From a virus: a stretch of DNA of 64,000 nucleotides. Each line of letters opens with the position of its first letter. Position 1 is the first letter of the stretch. The DNA lies in IMG/VR virus record IMGVR_UViG_3300008267_007212; one strand, given 5' to 3'. The notes beneath the pieces are model-generated. The model did no database searches. It worked only from the letters and a program-made list of their open reading frames with translations, and was not told the DNA's origin. Shown in pieces: positions 16,822 through 25,300 of the stretch. The position numbers and the translations under genes are program-made.

Positions 16822-17931
16822 ATGGCTAAAGAGACTGTAACCGAAAGCCGCACTGTTACCAGCGATGGTGCTCGTCGTGCTATTCTTAAATGTTTCAAGA
16901 AAAAGCGTCCGGCTTTTCTTTGGGGCCCCCCAGGCATTGGCAAGTCTGAGGTGATTGAAGGTATTGCTCGCGATTTGGGCGGTGCATATATTGACCTTCG
17001 TCTTGCACAGATGGAGCCCACTGACCTGCGCGGTATTCCGTATTTCAACAAAGAGTTGGGTAAGATGGATTGGGCACCTCCCATCGATTTGCCTGACGAA
17101 GAGTTTGCTAAACAGTACCCTTATGTGGTCCTGTTTATGGATGAAATGAACAGTGCCGCTCCTAGTATTCAGGCAGCTGCCTACCAGCTGATTCTTAATC
17201 GCCGAATCGGCAAATACATTTTGCCTGACAATGTTGTCATGGTTGCCGCAGGTAACCGTGAAAGCGACAAGGGTGTTACCTTCCGCATGCCTGCTCCGTT
17301 GGCAAATCGTTTCATGCACTTTGAAATGCGTGTCGATCATGGCTCTTGGGAGACTTGGGCAGTTAACAACAAAATCCACAAAGACGTGGTGGGTTACATT
17401 GGTTTTGCTAAACAAGACCTCTATGACTTTGATCCTCGTTCTAGCTCGCGTTCGTTCGCGACTCCACGTAGCTGGACCTTTGTCAGTGAAATTCTTGAAG
17501 ATGAGGACACTTCAGACGCTGAACTGATTGATTTGGTTGCAGGTGCAGTTGGCGAAGGTGTTGCAGTTAAGTTTATGGCTCACCGCAAAGTTGCAGGTCA
17601 ATTGCCTAAGCCTGCAGACATTTTGTCTGGCAAAGTCACTGAACTTAAAGTTAAAGAGATCAGTGCCATGTACTCGCTGACTATTGCTATGTGCTACGAG
17701 CTTCAGGATGTTGCTAAGAAAGAAGGCGGTAAGCCTTCCGCAGAATGGCATAGTATGAGCGATAACTTCTTTAAGTTCATGATGGATAATTTTACCACTG
17801 AGCTTACTGTTATGGGTGCTCGTGTTGCGTTGACTACTTATAACCTGCCGTTTGTTCCTGGCAAGTTGAAGAACTTCGACGAATTCCATAAGCGTTTCGG
17901 CAAGTATATTGTGGCCGCAAGCCAGAAATAA
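16822..17931 (+). CDS. MoxR-like AAA+ ATPase
   Basis: Walker A GPPGIGKS, Walker B VLFMDE, AAGN, LANRF, TPRSW. Confidence 0.9.
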   Translation: MAKETVTESRTVTSDGARRAILKCFKKKRPAFLWGPPGIGKSEVIEGIARDLGGAYIDLRLAQMEPTDLRGIPYFNKELGKMDWAPPIDLPDEEFAKQYPYVVLFMDEMNSAAPSIQAAAYQLILNRRIGKYILPDNVVMVAAGNRESDKGVTFRMPAPLANRFMHFEMRVDHGSWETWAVNNKIHKDVVGYIGFAKQDLYDFDPRSSSRSFATPRSWTFVSEILEDEDTSDAELIDLVAGAVGEGVAVKFMAHRKVAGQLPKPADILSGKVTELKVKEISAMYSLTIAMCYELQDVAKKEGGKPSAEWHSMSDNFFKFMMDNFTTELTVMGARVALTTYNLPFVPGKLKNFDEFHKRFGKYIVAASQK

Positions 17932-17985
17932 AGTTAAAGGGAGGCAGGGCTTTACTCCTTTGACCGTAAGTCCTCCCGAATTATC

Positions 17986-18279
17986 ATGAAACTTTCCTTA
18001 GAAAAATTAGATGGCAGACACAAAGGGCTCAATCGTTTAAAATATAGAGTATTGGTAAACGGTACCCAACCAATAAAATTTCAAGATTTCTGTCAAGTGC
18101 GACAATGGTGTTGGGATACATGGGGTCCGAGCTGTGAAAGAGAAATCTTTTTATCACTTGGACAGGATAATACAGGGTCTATAGATTGGGCATGGCATTA
18201 CGATGAAAAGTTTAATTACTGCTACATTTACCTAGCAGGACCAAAGCAGTTGGAATTGTTTACATTAAAATGGTTATAA
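17986..18279 (+). CDS. hypothetical protein (FxLKW family)
   Basis: RQWCWDTWG...LELFTLKWL. Confidence 0.7.
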   Translation: MKLSLEKLDGRHKGLNRLKYRVLVNGTQPIKFQDFCQVRQWCWDTWGPSCEREIFLSLGQDNTGSIDWAWHYDEKFNYCYIYLAGPKQLELFTLKWL

Positions 18280-18288
18280 AAATTATTT

Positions 18289-18317
18289 TTGACAATAAAT
18301 CCATTTTCAATTATAAT
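18289..18317 (+). promoter_or_regulatory. sigma70-type promoter
   Basis: Perfect TTGACA-17-TATAAT. Confidence 0.85.
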
Positions 18318-18341
18318 ATACACATAAACAAGGAGCACTAA

Positions 18342-19640
18342 ATGGCTACTACTTCTAGCGAAAAGAAAACAGAACATAAACTTGCAGGTCGTCTGACAGA
18401 TAATACAGACCCTCGCTTGGACGCCACAGTGCGTGAAAAACTTGTTACGGCTCGAATTGGTCTACTTCTTCGTGCCCCATTTTTTGGCAATCTTGCAACT
18501 CGTTTGAAACTGGTTAATGCCGACGAGTGGCTGGGTACTGCGGCCACAGACGGTCGCAATTTCTATTACAATACTGAATTCGTAAACAAACTCAAGCCTA
18601 AAGAAGTTGAGTTTCTTTTCGGACATGAAGTGTTGCACAATGTTTACGATCACATCGGCCGTACTGGAGATTTCCGTGACCGCCGACTGTTTAACTGCGC
18701 CGCAGACTTTTGCGTAAACAGTGACCTTATCGAACAAAAGATTGGCGACAAGATTACTCCTTGCCTGTACGATCCAAAATACAAGGGTTGGAGTGCTGAA
18801 GAAGTCTACGACGACCTTTACGACAAAGCAGAAAAAATCGACATCAGCGACCTTCTTCAGCAAGTGTTGGACGAACACATGGACGGAGATGAGCAGTCCG
18901 ACGGAGATGGTGAAGGCAAAGACGGCGATAAAAAAGGCAAAGGTCGTCCTCGCTTGAGTGAAGAAGAAAAGCGACAGATCAAAGACGAAATTCGTGAAGC
19001 ACTGTTGCAGGCTGCTCAGGCTGTGGGCACAGGAAACTTGCCAGGTGGTGTCAAGCGTCTTATTAAAGATCTCACTAAACCCGTTGTGAACTGGCGTGAA
19101 CTGTTGCAACAACAAATTCAAAGCACTGTAAAAGACGACTTTAGCTGGATGCGTCCAAACCGTCGTGGCTGGCATATGGATGCTGTTATGCCAGGCATGA
19201 AGCCAGGTACTCAAATTGATGTCTGTGTTGCCATTGACACTTCGGGTTCTATCAGCGAAAAAGATCTTAAAGACTTCTTAAGCGAAGTTAAAGGTATTAT
19301 GGAGTCCTACGACGAATATAAGATTCGTGTTATTACTTGGGATACCTCAGTATATAACCCTGAAGAATTTACCAGTGATAACATGTCAGATATTACCAGC
19401 TATACTCCCGGTGGCGGTGGCGGTACTGATCCACATTGTGTTTGGGAATGGCTTAAAGATAATGACATCGAACCTAAGAAGTTGATTATGTTTACTGACT
19501 TCTGCTTCTTCGGTTGGGATCCTGCAAGTGTGCAAGACTACTGTGATACAGTTTGGGTTATTAAAGGCAACCCCGATGCCGAACCCGAGTTTGGTGTTTG
19601 GGCTCATTACGAAGAGGCAAAGAAACATGCTCATGCATAA
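18342..19640 (+). CDS. DUF2201-type metallopeptidase + VWA domain protein (MoxR partner)
   Basis: TAATDG, HEVLH (HExxH), MIDAS DTSGS, GGGGTD. Confidence 0.88.
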   Translation: MATTSSEKKTEHKLAGRLTDNTDPRLDATVREKLVTARIGLLLRAPFFGNLATRLKLVNADEWLGTAATDGRNFYYNTEFVNKLKPKEVEFLFGHEVLHNVYDHIGRTGDFRDRRLFNCAADFCVNSDLIEQKIGDKITPCLYDPKYKGWSAEEVYDDLYDKAEKIDISDLLQQVLDEHMDGDEQSDGDGEGKDGDKKGKGRPRLSEEEKRQIKDEIREALLQAAQAVGTGNLPGGVKRLIKDLTKPVVNWRELLQQQIQSTVKDDFSWMRPNRRGWHMDAVMPGMKPGTQIDVCVAIDTSGSISEKDLKDFLSEVKGIMESYDEYKIRVITWDTSVYNPEEFTSDNMSDITSYTPGGGGGTDPHCVWEWLKDNDIEPKKLIMFTDFCFFGWDPASVQDYCDTVWVIKGNPDAEPEFGVWAHYEEAKKHAHA

Positions 19641-19923
19641 AGATGTAGATGTTACTACGGTTCCAAAAGAACTAGTCAATGATATTATGGATGTAATGGT
19701 CAGTGACTTGGCCAAAGAAATTGACTTTGACATCATAGCAGAGCAGTTATCTAAATGCGGTTGGTCTAAGGTAGATCTTCCACCGTTTGACAATCGATAT
19801 AAATCTGTAGATATTGTTGATTGGGCTTTTCATCATTGTCAAGGCAGTTTCGAACACTTTGGTGTACGTTTTATTTTTGAAGATAAAAGGGATGCTACTT
19901 TATTTGCGTTAAAATGGTTATAA
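19627..19923 (+). CDS. hypothetical protein (FxLKW family)
   Basis: FIFEDKRDATLFALKWL. Confidence 0.7.
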   Translation: MLMHKDVDVTTVPKELVNDIMDVMVSDLAKEIDFDIIAEQLSKCGWSKVDLPPFDNRYKSVDIVDWAFHHCQGSFEHFGVRFIFEDKRDATLFALKWL

Positions 19924-19967
19924 CATCTTACTAAGACTTAAATATTGTTAGTGTGTCGAAGGTATAT

Positions 19968-20264
19968 ATGAGTCACGAACAAGACAAGCTCAAGAACAGT
20001 AAACGTAGATTTGAAGATGACAACGCTGTAAAAAAACAGACTAAGATTGCTAAAGAGCATGGTGCTCCAGTCACAGAGCCACACCGATTGCATAAAAAAC
20101 ATGCCATGGATTGTGGTAACCCAGAATGTTATCTTTGCGGCAATCCTCGAAAAACACATAAAGATAAATTAACAATTCAAGAGAAAAGATTCTATCAGGA
20201 CACAGACAAAGTCACTGACAAGCATAGTAACGGAATTCATCCAAATGAAAAGAATGAAGGTTGA
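19968..20264 (+). CDS. basic hypothetical protein with CxxxxCxxC motif
   Basis: DCGNPECYLCGNPR; CTTAAATA at 19937-19944 upstream. Confidence 0.7.
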   Translation: MSHEQDKLKNSKRRFEDDNAVKKQTKIAKEHGAPVTEPHRLHKKHAMDCGNPECYLCGNPRKTHKDKLTIQEKRFYQDTDKVTDKHSNGIHPNEKNEG

Positions 20265-20424
20265 TCTTAAAGACATTATGGACGAAGATGAGTTTTATAG
20301 CAAAAATCATCAAGTAACAGAAGACGACTTTTATAAAAAGTCAAACAAAAATCTAAACAATAAAAAATCAAACAAGAATCATCATTCTCGATATCGAGAC
20401 GAAGACGATAACGAGTTTCTATAA
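20245..20424 (+). CDS. 59-aa charged hypothetical protein absent from the ORF track
   Basis: MKRMKVDLKDIMDEDEFYSKNHQVTEDDFYKKSNKNLNNKKSNKNHHSRYRDEDDNEFL*; fills the gap between genes. Confidence 0.55.
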   Translation: MKRMKVDLKDIMDEDEFYSKNHQVTEDDFYKKSNKNLNNKKSNKNHHSRYRDEDDNEFL

Positions 20425-20444
20425 AACATCTCAGTGAGCATATT

Positions 20445-20675
20445 ATGAGCAAAAGAGTTGGACCTATTACCCTAGACAGCGATGCCGCTGATCGTATTAC
20501 GGTGTTAAACTTGATGGAGTGCAGAACGTACCTCAAAAAAGAACTCAGTGATTGGAAAAAGAATCCTCGGTCAGAAACCAATCCTGACGGATATTGGTTG
20601 CATCCCGAAGATGTAGCTGGTAACACTCGCTTGGTAGAAGCAATGAACACAGTTATCAAATACTTTGGCAAATGA
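20445..20675 (+). CDS. hypothetical protein
   Basis: ORF. Confidence 0.7.
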   Translation: MSKRVGPITLDSDAADRITVLNLMECRTYLKKELSDWKKNPRSETNPDGYWLHPEDVAGNTRLVEAMNTVIKYFGK

Positions 20676-21142
20676 AAAAGATTTTCTACGAAAAAGTTGG
20701 ACGCAGGTACAAACCTGTGTATGAATACGACCAGATGTTACTGGATGGTTTCCCAAAAGGTAATCATATTGTTATGTGTTACCCAGGTGGGCAGAGTCGT
20801 CGATATGATATTGATCCCAACTATGCGGCTTTGATTGCTGCCGCACGTATTGCTGAAGATGCGATGAGTCAAGCTGTACGTCAGGCAAGCGAAATGCGGC
20901 CACAACGAACGCCATTGACACCAGGTCAATTGAAGGCTTGGAAAAAGTTAGCAAAAGAGTTTGGTGATGACTTGGCTACACTAAACATGGGTAGTGCCAG
21001 AGACATAGCAGAAGCAGGACTAAAGGCACTGCAAGAAGAAGCCGACAAATTGATGAAACATGCAAGTGTGCGAGCAGCCTACGAACAGTTTCAATTAGTA
21101 TGTAAACTATGCGCGGATCAGACTGATGCTGAAGTACGGTGA
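20672..21142 (+). CDS. hypothetical protein
   Basis: ORF, ATGA coupled. Confidence 0.75.
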   Translation: MKKIFYEKVGRRYKPVYEYDQMLLDGFPKGNHIVMCYPGGQSRRYDIDPNYAALIAAARIAEDAMSQAVRQASEMRPQRTPLTPGQLKAWKKLAKEFGDDLATLNMGSARDIAEAGLKALQEEADKLMKHASVRAAYEQFQLVCKLCADQTDAEVR

Positions 21143-21398
21143 AATTAATCCTTTAAATGTATTTGGGCTGCGAAGGTTGGACCATTGTCCGCCGCATTTC
21201 GAAAAAGTGCATTTCGATTTACGTACTAGTGAAAAACATATCACTGATTGGGTTTATGAGAATCTAATCGGAAGATTTTGGTTTGGTGATTTTTACGACG
21301 ATAAAAATACTTTGTGTAAATGTGCTGCTTTTGAAACCAAAAGCGAAGCCAGTTATTTTATGCTGATGATAGACTCTTTTAACGTTTATCAACAATAA
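21126..21398 (+). CDS. hypothetical protein (FxLKW-like family)
   Basis: ITDWVYENLIGRFW...AFETKSEASYFML. Confidence 0.7.
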   Translation: MLKYGEINPLNVFGLRRLDHCPPHFEKVHFDLRTSEKHITDWVYENLIGRFWFGDFYDDKNTLCKCAAFETKSEASYFMLMIDSFNVYQQ

Positions 21399-21427
21399 AC
21401 ATATTCCCACTTAGATCTAAAAATTTT

Positions 21428-21469
21428 CTCCGATGATTTAACAGGTTAAATAACTGTATATCATCGGAG
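21428..21469 (+). promoter_or_regulatory. RBS-sequestering hairpin with a late promoter motif in its loop
   Basis: CTCCGATGAT(21428-37)/ATCATCGGAG(21460-69); GTTAAATA at 21445-52; SD GGAG lies in the 3' arm. Confidence 0.7.
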
Positions 21470-21474
21470 TAGTA

Positions 21475-21681
21475 ATGAGCACTGAGTCTAAACAAGTTCA
21501 GGTTCCTTCTAAGGAACTTCTTACAATTTTATCTAGTATGCAATTGGCCAGCAGCCGTGGTGCATTTAGGCCTGAAGAATTTACAGAAATTGGATCCGCA
21601 TATCAAGCATTATATGCTTTTTTAGCTGATCTGAATGTTATTGCACCAGCGCCAGCTGCTACAGAAACCCCCAATCAATAA
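21475..21681 (+). CDS. small hypothetical protein, probably late/virion-associated
   Basis: ORF with ASSRGAFRPEE motif. Confidence 0.75.
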   Translation: MSTESKQVQVPSKELLTILSSMQLASSRGAFRPEEFTEIGSAYQALYAFLADLNVIAPAPAATETPNQ

Positions 21682-21690
21682 GGATTTATT

Positions 21691-22377
21691 ATGATTAAAC
21701 ATGTAGGTAAACACAGCAACAAAAGATGTGTTATTTTATTTAAAACCGTACCAGGAGAAGAGCATATGTGTTTGGTCATATATCCTGATACATTACCCCG
21801 CCATATTCATGACGATGTAATGACTGCGCTGGAAAGCGATTCTGGACAACAAGCCAAAGAGTTCAGTGATTATCTATTCAGATACACACTACAGGATGGC
21901 AATAACGCATTAGAAACTTTACACAAAGAAGGCATGATTAAAAAAGTGCCAACTAATCAAGTTATCGTTACACCAAATGCTAAAAGCACTGTAAGATTAG
22001 ACGAACTTAATTCGATTTTATCAAAGTTGTCACAAGGTGAAGAAGCTGTCAAAGCATTGGCCGACTTAGACAAAAACTCAGGCATGATAAACAAACGTCG
22101 AGTGCGCGAAGGTTTAGAACCTGGCGAAGTGCGAGCACCGCGCGAATCTCGCAGTACTCCTGCTCAGATTACAAACAACATAAGTATTAATGATGTGCTG
22201 TCAGACGAAGACCTTGCCACGCAACGTCTAGCTCAAGCACAGAAACTGCAATCGGACGCCAAAGCATTATTAGCAGAAGCAGCTCGTTTGCAAGAAGAAG
22301 CATTAAAACTTAACGGGCCCGCAGCAAAAAATGGCACAGCAAAATCCAAAAAAACAGTCAAAGCCAAAGAAGCTTAA
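21691..22377 (+). CDS. phage hypothetical protein with C-terminal coiled coil
   Basis: ORF, SD AAGGA. Confidence 0.8.
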   Translation: MIKHVGKHSNKRCVILFKTVPGEEHMCLVIYPDTLPRHIHDDVMTALESDSGQQAKEFSDYLFRYTLQDGNNALETLHKEGMIKKVPTNQVIVTPNAKSTVRLDELNSILSKLSQGEEAVKALADLDKNSGMINKRRVREGLEPGEVRAPRESRSTPAQITNNISINDVLSDEDLATQRLAQAQKLQSDAKALLAEAARLQEEALKLNGPAAKNGTAKSKKTVKAKEA

Positions 22378-22669
22378 TTTAAATACAAAAACTGCTTGGA
22401 GAAATATACTAAAAGAAGTCGAGAAAAAAGAAGTACCTATACATGTTTTAGAAAAACTTATGGTACATCTTAAAGATGGCACCATGGTCACAGTGGATAT
22501 TAAAAGACTGTTGGCCGAAGGTGCAGATCCTGACGAAATAGAAAAACATGTTTCCAGCAGACTAGATGAATTAGATCTGTATATAGACAATGTAGATTTT
22601 TTTGTAGACATCGATCTAGTAGAAAAAACAGTACAACCAGAAACAGACAGGCTATTATCTAAACTATGA
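22331..22669 (+). CDS. hypothetical protein
   Basis: ORF, coupled to DHFR. Confidence 0.7.
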   Translation: MAQQNPKKQSKPKKLNLNTKTAWRNILKEVEKKEVPIHVLEKLMVHLKDGTMVTVDIKRLLAEGADPDEIEKHVSSRLDELDLYIDNVDFFVDIDLVEKTVQPETDRLLSKL

Positions 22670-23169
22670 TCAAGGCAATTTTTGCTGTAGATCACTGGGG
22701 AGGAATGGGGTTTAACGGATCATTGCCGTGGCCCCATCATCCCGAAGATTTACAATATTTCAAAGAACAAACCATGAGAGACATCGTCGTCATGGGAAGA
22801 AAAACTTGGGACGATCCCAAGATGCCAAAACCGTTGCCTGGACGCATAAATTATGTGGCAACAAACAAACCTATTTTTGGTTACGGTATTACCACTATTC
22901 GTGGAGACTTGCAGGAAAATATTCGTAAAATTCAAAACGCATATCCAACAAAAACAGTTTGGATTATTGGCGGACCTGACATTTTGATGGAAACTCGAGA
23001 TCTAGTAGATCAAGTTCATATCACCCATTTCAAAGGTCAATTTAAAACTGATCGACAAATCGATTTACGAAAATATTTAAGTTTATTCAGAGCTACCAGT
23101 GCTGCTACTAGTTTAGATAAAAAATGCAGTTGGATGACTTATAAAAACATTGACATATTTCGTCAATAA
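22666..23169 (+). CDS. folA: dihydrofolate reductase
   Basis: GSLPW, DLQYFK, VVMGRKTW, PLPGR, IIGG. Confidence 0.92.
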   Translation: MIKAIFAVDHWGGMGFNGSLPWPHHPEDLQYFKEQTMRDIVVMGRKTWDDPKMPKPLPGRINYVATNKPIFGYGITTIRGDLQENIRKIQNAYPTKTVWIIGGPDILMETRDLVDQVHITHFKGQFKTDRQIDLRKYLSLFRATSAATSLDKKCSWMTYKNIDIFRQ

Positions 23170-23178
23170 AATTATACT
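23150..23178 (+). promoter_or_regulatory. sigma70-type promoter for thyA
   Basis: TTGACA-17-TATACT. Confidence 0.65.
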
Positions 23179-23184
23179 TAATGC

Positions 23185-24090
23185 ATGGAACAACAATATT
23201 TAGATGCATTAAAATATGTGCTAGAAAATGGCACTAACAAATCCGATCGTACCGGCACTGGCACTATTAGCGTGTTTGGTATGCAACAACGCTACAACTT
23301 ACAATATGGATTTCCAGCTGTAACAACTAAGAAACTGGCATGGAAATCTGTGGTATCAGAATTGCTGTGGTTCATTGAAGGGTCAGGGGACGAAAACCGT
23401 TTGCGAGAGATTCTACATGGTAGCAAACATACAGAAAAAACAACCATCTGGTCTGCCAATGCCACAGCACCTTATTGGACTAATAGATACAAAAAGTTTC
23501 CCCCACGGGGGCCGCAATACGACGGTGACTTAGGTCGTGTTTATGGTGTACAATGGCGACACTGGCGTACCAGCGAACGAACTTTAAATTCAGACAATAA
23601 CGATCTAATTAACGTCGAAGTTGATCAACTTACTGAATTAATTAAGGGAATAAAAGCAGACCCTCACGGACGAAGACATATATTATCAGCATGGAATCCA
23701 GGCGAATTAGAAGCCATGGCCTTGCCACCGTGCCACTGCTTTGCTCAGTTTTATATTGCCGATGGTAAGCTATCTTGCCAAATGTATCAAAGAAGTTGCG
23801 ACATGTTTTTAGGTGTACCCTTTAATATCGCGAGTTACAGCCTGTTAACACATCTTGTAGCTCAAGTGTGCGGCCTAGAAGTAGGCGAGTTTGTTCATGT
23901 ACTGGGAGATGCACACATCTACATGAATCATGTAGACCAGGTAAAAAAACAATTATCACGTGAACCTTTGCCTGCCCCAACTCTTTTGCTAAGTCCGGGC
24001 ATAGACAAAATCACTGACTTTACCATGGGTGATATTGTGCTACACAACTATCAAAGTCACGGTGCCATCAAGGCAGACATGGCCGTATGA
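23185..24090 (+). CDS. thyA: thymidylate synthase
   Basis: DRTGTGT, ELLWF, YGVQWR, MALPPCH, YQRSCDMFLGVPFN (Asn indicates dUMP specificity). Confidence 0.96.
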   Translation: MEQQYLDALKYVLENGTNKSDRTGTGTISVFGMQQRYNLQYGFPAVTTKKLAWKSVVSELLWFIEGSGDENRLREILHGSKHTEKTTIWSANATAPYWTNRYKKFPPRGPQYDGDLGRVYGVQWRHWRTSERTLNSDNNDLINVEVDQLTELIKGIKADPHGRRHILSAWNPGELEAMALPPCHCFAQFYIADGKLSCQMYQRSCDMFLGVPFNIASYSLLTHLVAQVCGLEVGEFVHVLGDAHIYMNHVDQVKKQLSREPLPAPTLLLSPGIDKITDFTMGDIVLHNYQSHGAIKADMAV

Positions 24091-24329
24091 AGATCAAAGT
24101 ACATGAATTTTTGATGAGTGACGTAGATGACTTTGCAATCTACGCCGCTGAACCTTTATATAATTGGGAAAAAAGCGAACAAGGTCAGTGGGTCATGAAT
24201 AATGCTGTTGACAAACCTTCATGGCATTCAGGTTGGGACCATGTCACTTTTCAAAATAAAGTAACTATAATTGCAGATTTGGAAGAAAAAGATCTAACAT
24301 ATTTTAATCTTAAATGGGGTGTTAAATGA
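24087..24329 (+). CDS. hypothetical protein (FxLKW family)
   Basis: DLTYFNLKWG. Confidence 0.7.
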   Translation: MKIKVHEFLMSDVDDFAIYAAEPLYNWEKSEQGQWVMNNAVDKPSWHSGWDHVTFQNKVTIIADLEEKDLTYFNLKWGVK

Positions 24330-25300
24330 AATTCTTAGTAACAGGCGGTGCAGGCTTTATTGGGCACAATGTTGTCAGACAATTAGAGAGTCAGGGTCAC
24401 GAATGTTTTATTCTAGATAATTTAACTACATATGGGTTTGTACCTAAAGAAGAAATGGCGTATCTTTCAAAAGAAAGAACGAAAAGAATTCGAGCCAGCG
24501 TACATAGAGTAGATCTACGTGACGAAAAATATGTAAATGATTGGTTTCTAAATTTTTCAAATAACACCGATGCTATTATCCATCTTGCCAGTTTTCCCCG
24601 ACAGAAAGTAGTAAGTCAAAATCCAGTCTGGGGCAGTGAAGTTATGAGCACTGCATTAGTTCGATTGTTGGAATTAACAAAGTCTTATAAAATACCTAAG
24701 TTTGTTTATATCAGTAGCAGCATGGTCTATGGAGATTTTAACAATGACGTCACCGAAGACAGTGTATGTAATCCACAAGGGCAGTATGGTATAATGAAAT
24801 ACATGGGCGAACAATTGGTCAAAGATTATAACCGTCGCGGTTGTTTTGATTATTCTATCATCAGACCTAGCGCAGTGTACGGCGAATGGGACGTAGAAGA
24901 CAGGGTTGTTTCAAAATTCATGCTAAGTGCAATGAGAGACGAAACACTTAAAGTCAAAGGTGCCAGCGAAGTATTAGATTTTACTTATGTAGAAGACACT
25001 GCACAAGGCATTGTTCGTGCAGCTACTATGAAACAAGCCAACAGTGAGATATTTAATATAACTCGTGCAGACACCAAACTATATACACTTTTAGATGCAG
25101 CCAATATTGCAATTGAAATTGCCGGCAAAGGCAAAGTCGAAGTTCAAGGAAAAGATGCAGATTTTCCCAGTCGCGGGCGTTTAAGTATCGATAAGGCTGT
25201 TCGCTTACTAGGTTATAATCCAACTACCAGTGTTGAACAAGGATTTGAAAAATATCATAATTGGTTTAAGGCCAGTGAATTTTGGAAGTCAAAACTATAA
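24326..25300 (+). CDS. NAD-dependent NDP-sugar epimerase/dehydratase (extended SDR)
   Basis: TGGAGFIG, SSSMVYG, YGIMK (YxxxK), DFTYVED. Confidence 0.9.
   Translation: MKFLVTGGAGFIGHNVVRQLESQGHECFILDNLTTYGFVPKEEMAYLSKERTKRIRASVHRVDLRDEKYVNDWFLNFSNNTDAIIHLASFPRQKVVSQNPVWGSEVMSTALVRLLELTKSYKIPKFVYISSSMVYGDFNNDVTEDSVCNPQGQYGIMKYMGEQLVKDYNRRGCFDYSIIRPSAVYGEWDVEDRVVSKFMLSAMRDETLKVKGASEVLDFTYVEDTAQGIVRAATMKQANSEIFNITRADTKLYTLLDAANIAIEIAGKGKVEVQGKDADFPSRGRLSIDKAVRLLGYNPTTSVEQGFEKYHNWFKASEFWKSKL

Noticed and set aside
15844-19793. Long antisense ORFs (138-250 aa) opposite the AAA+/VWA region
   Set aside because: Shadow ORFs from biased codon usage of the + strand genes; no SD, promoter or protein motifs
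23150-23166. TTGAC-N7-GTCAA palindrome over the thyA -35 box
   Set aside because: Only 5-bp arms and one occurrence noticed; could be chance
23185-24090. thyA as a dCMP/dUMP hydroxymethylase for pyrimidine hypermodification
   Set aside because: Canonical ThyA motifs including PFN and an adjacent DHFR indicate ordinary dTMP synthesis
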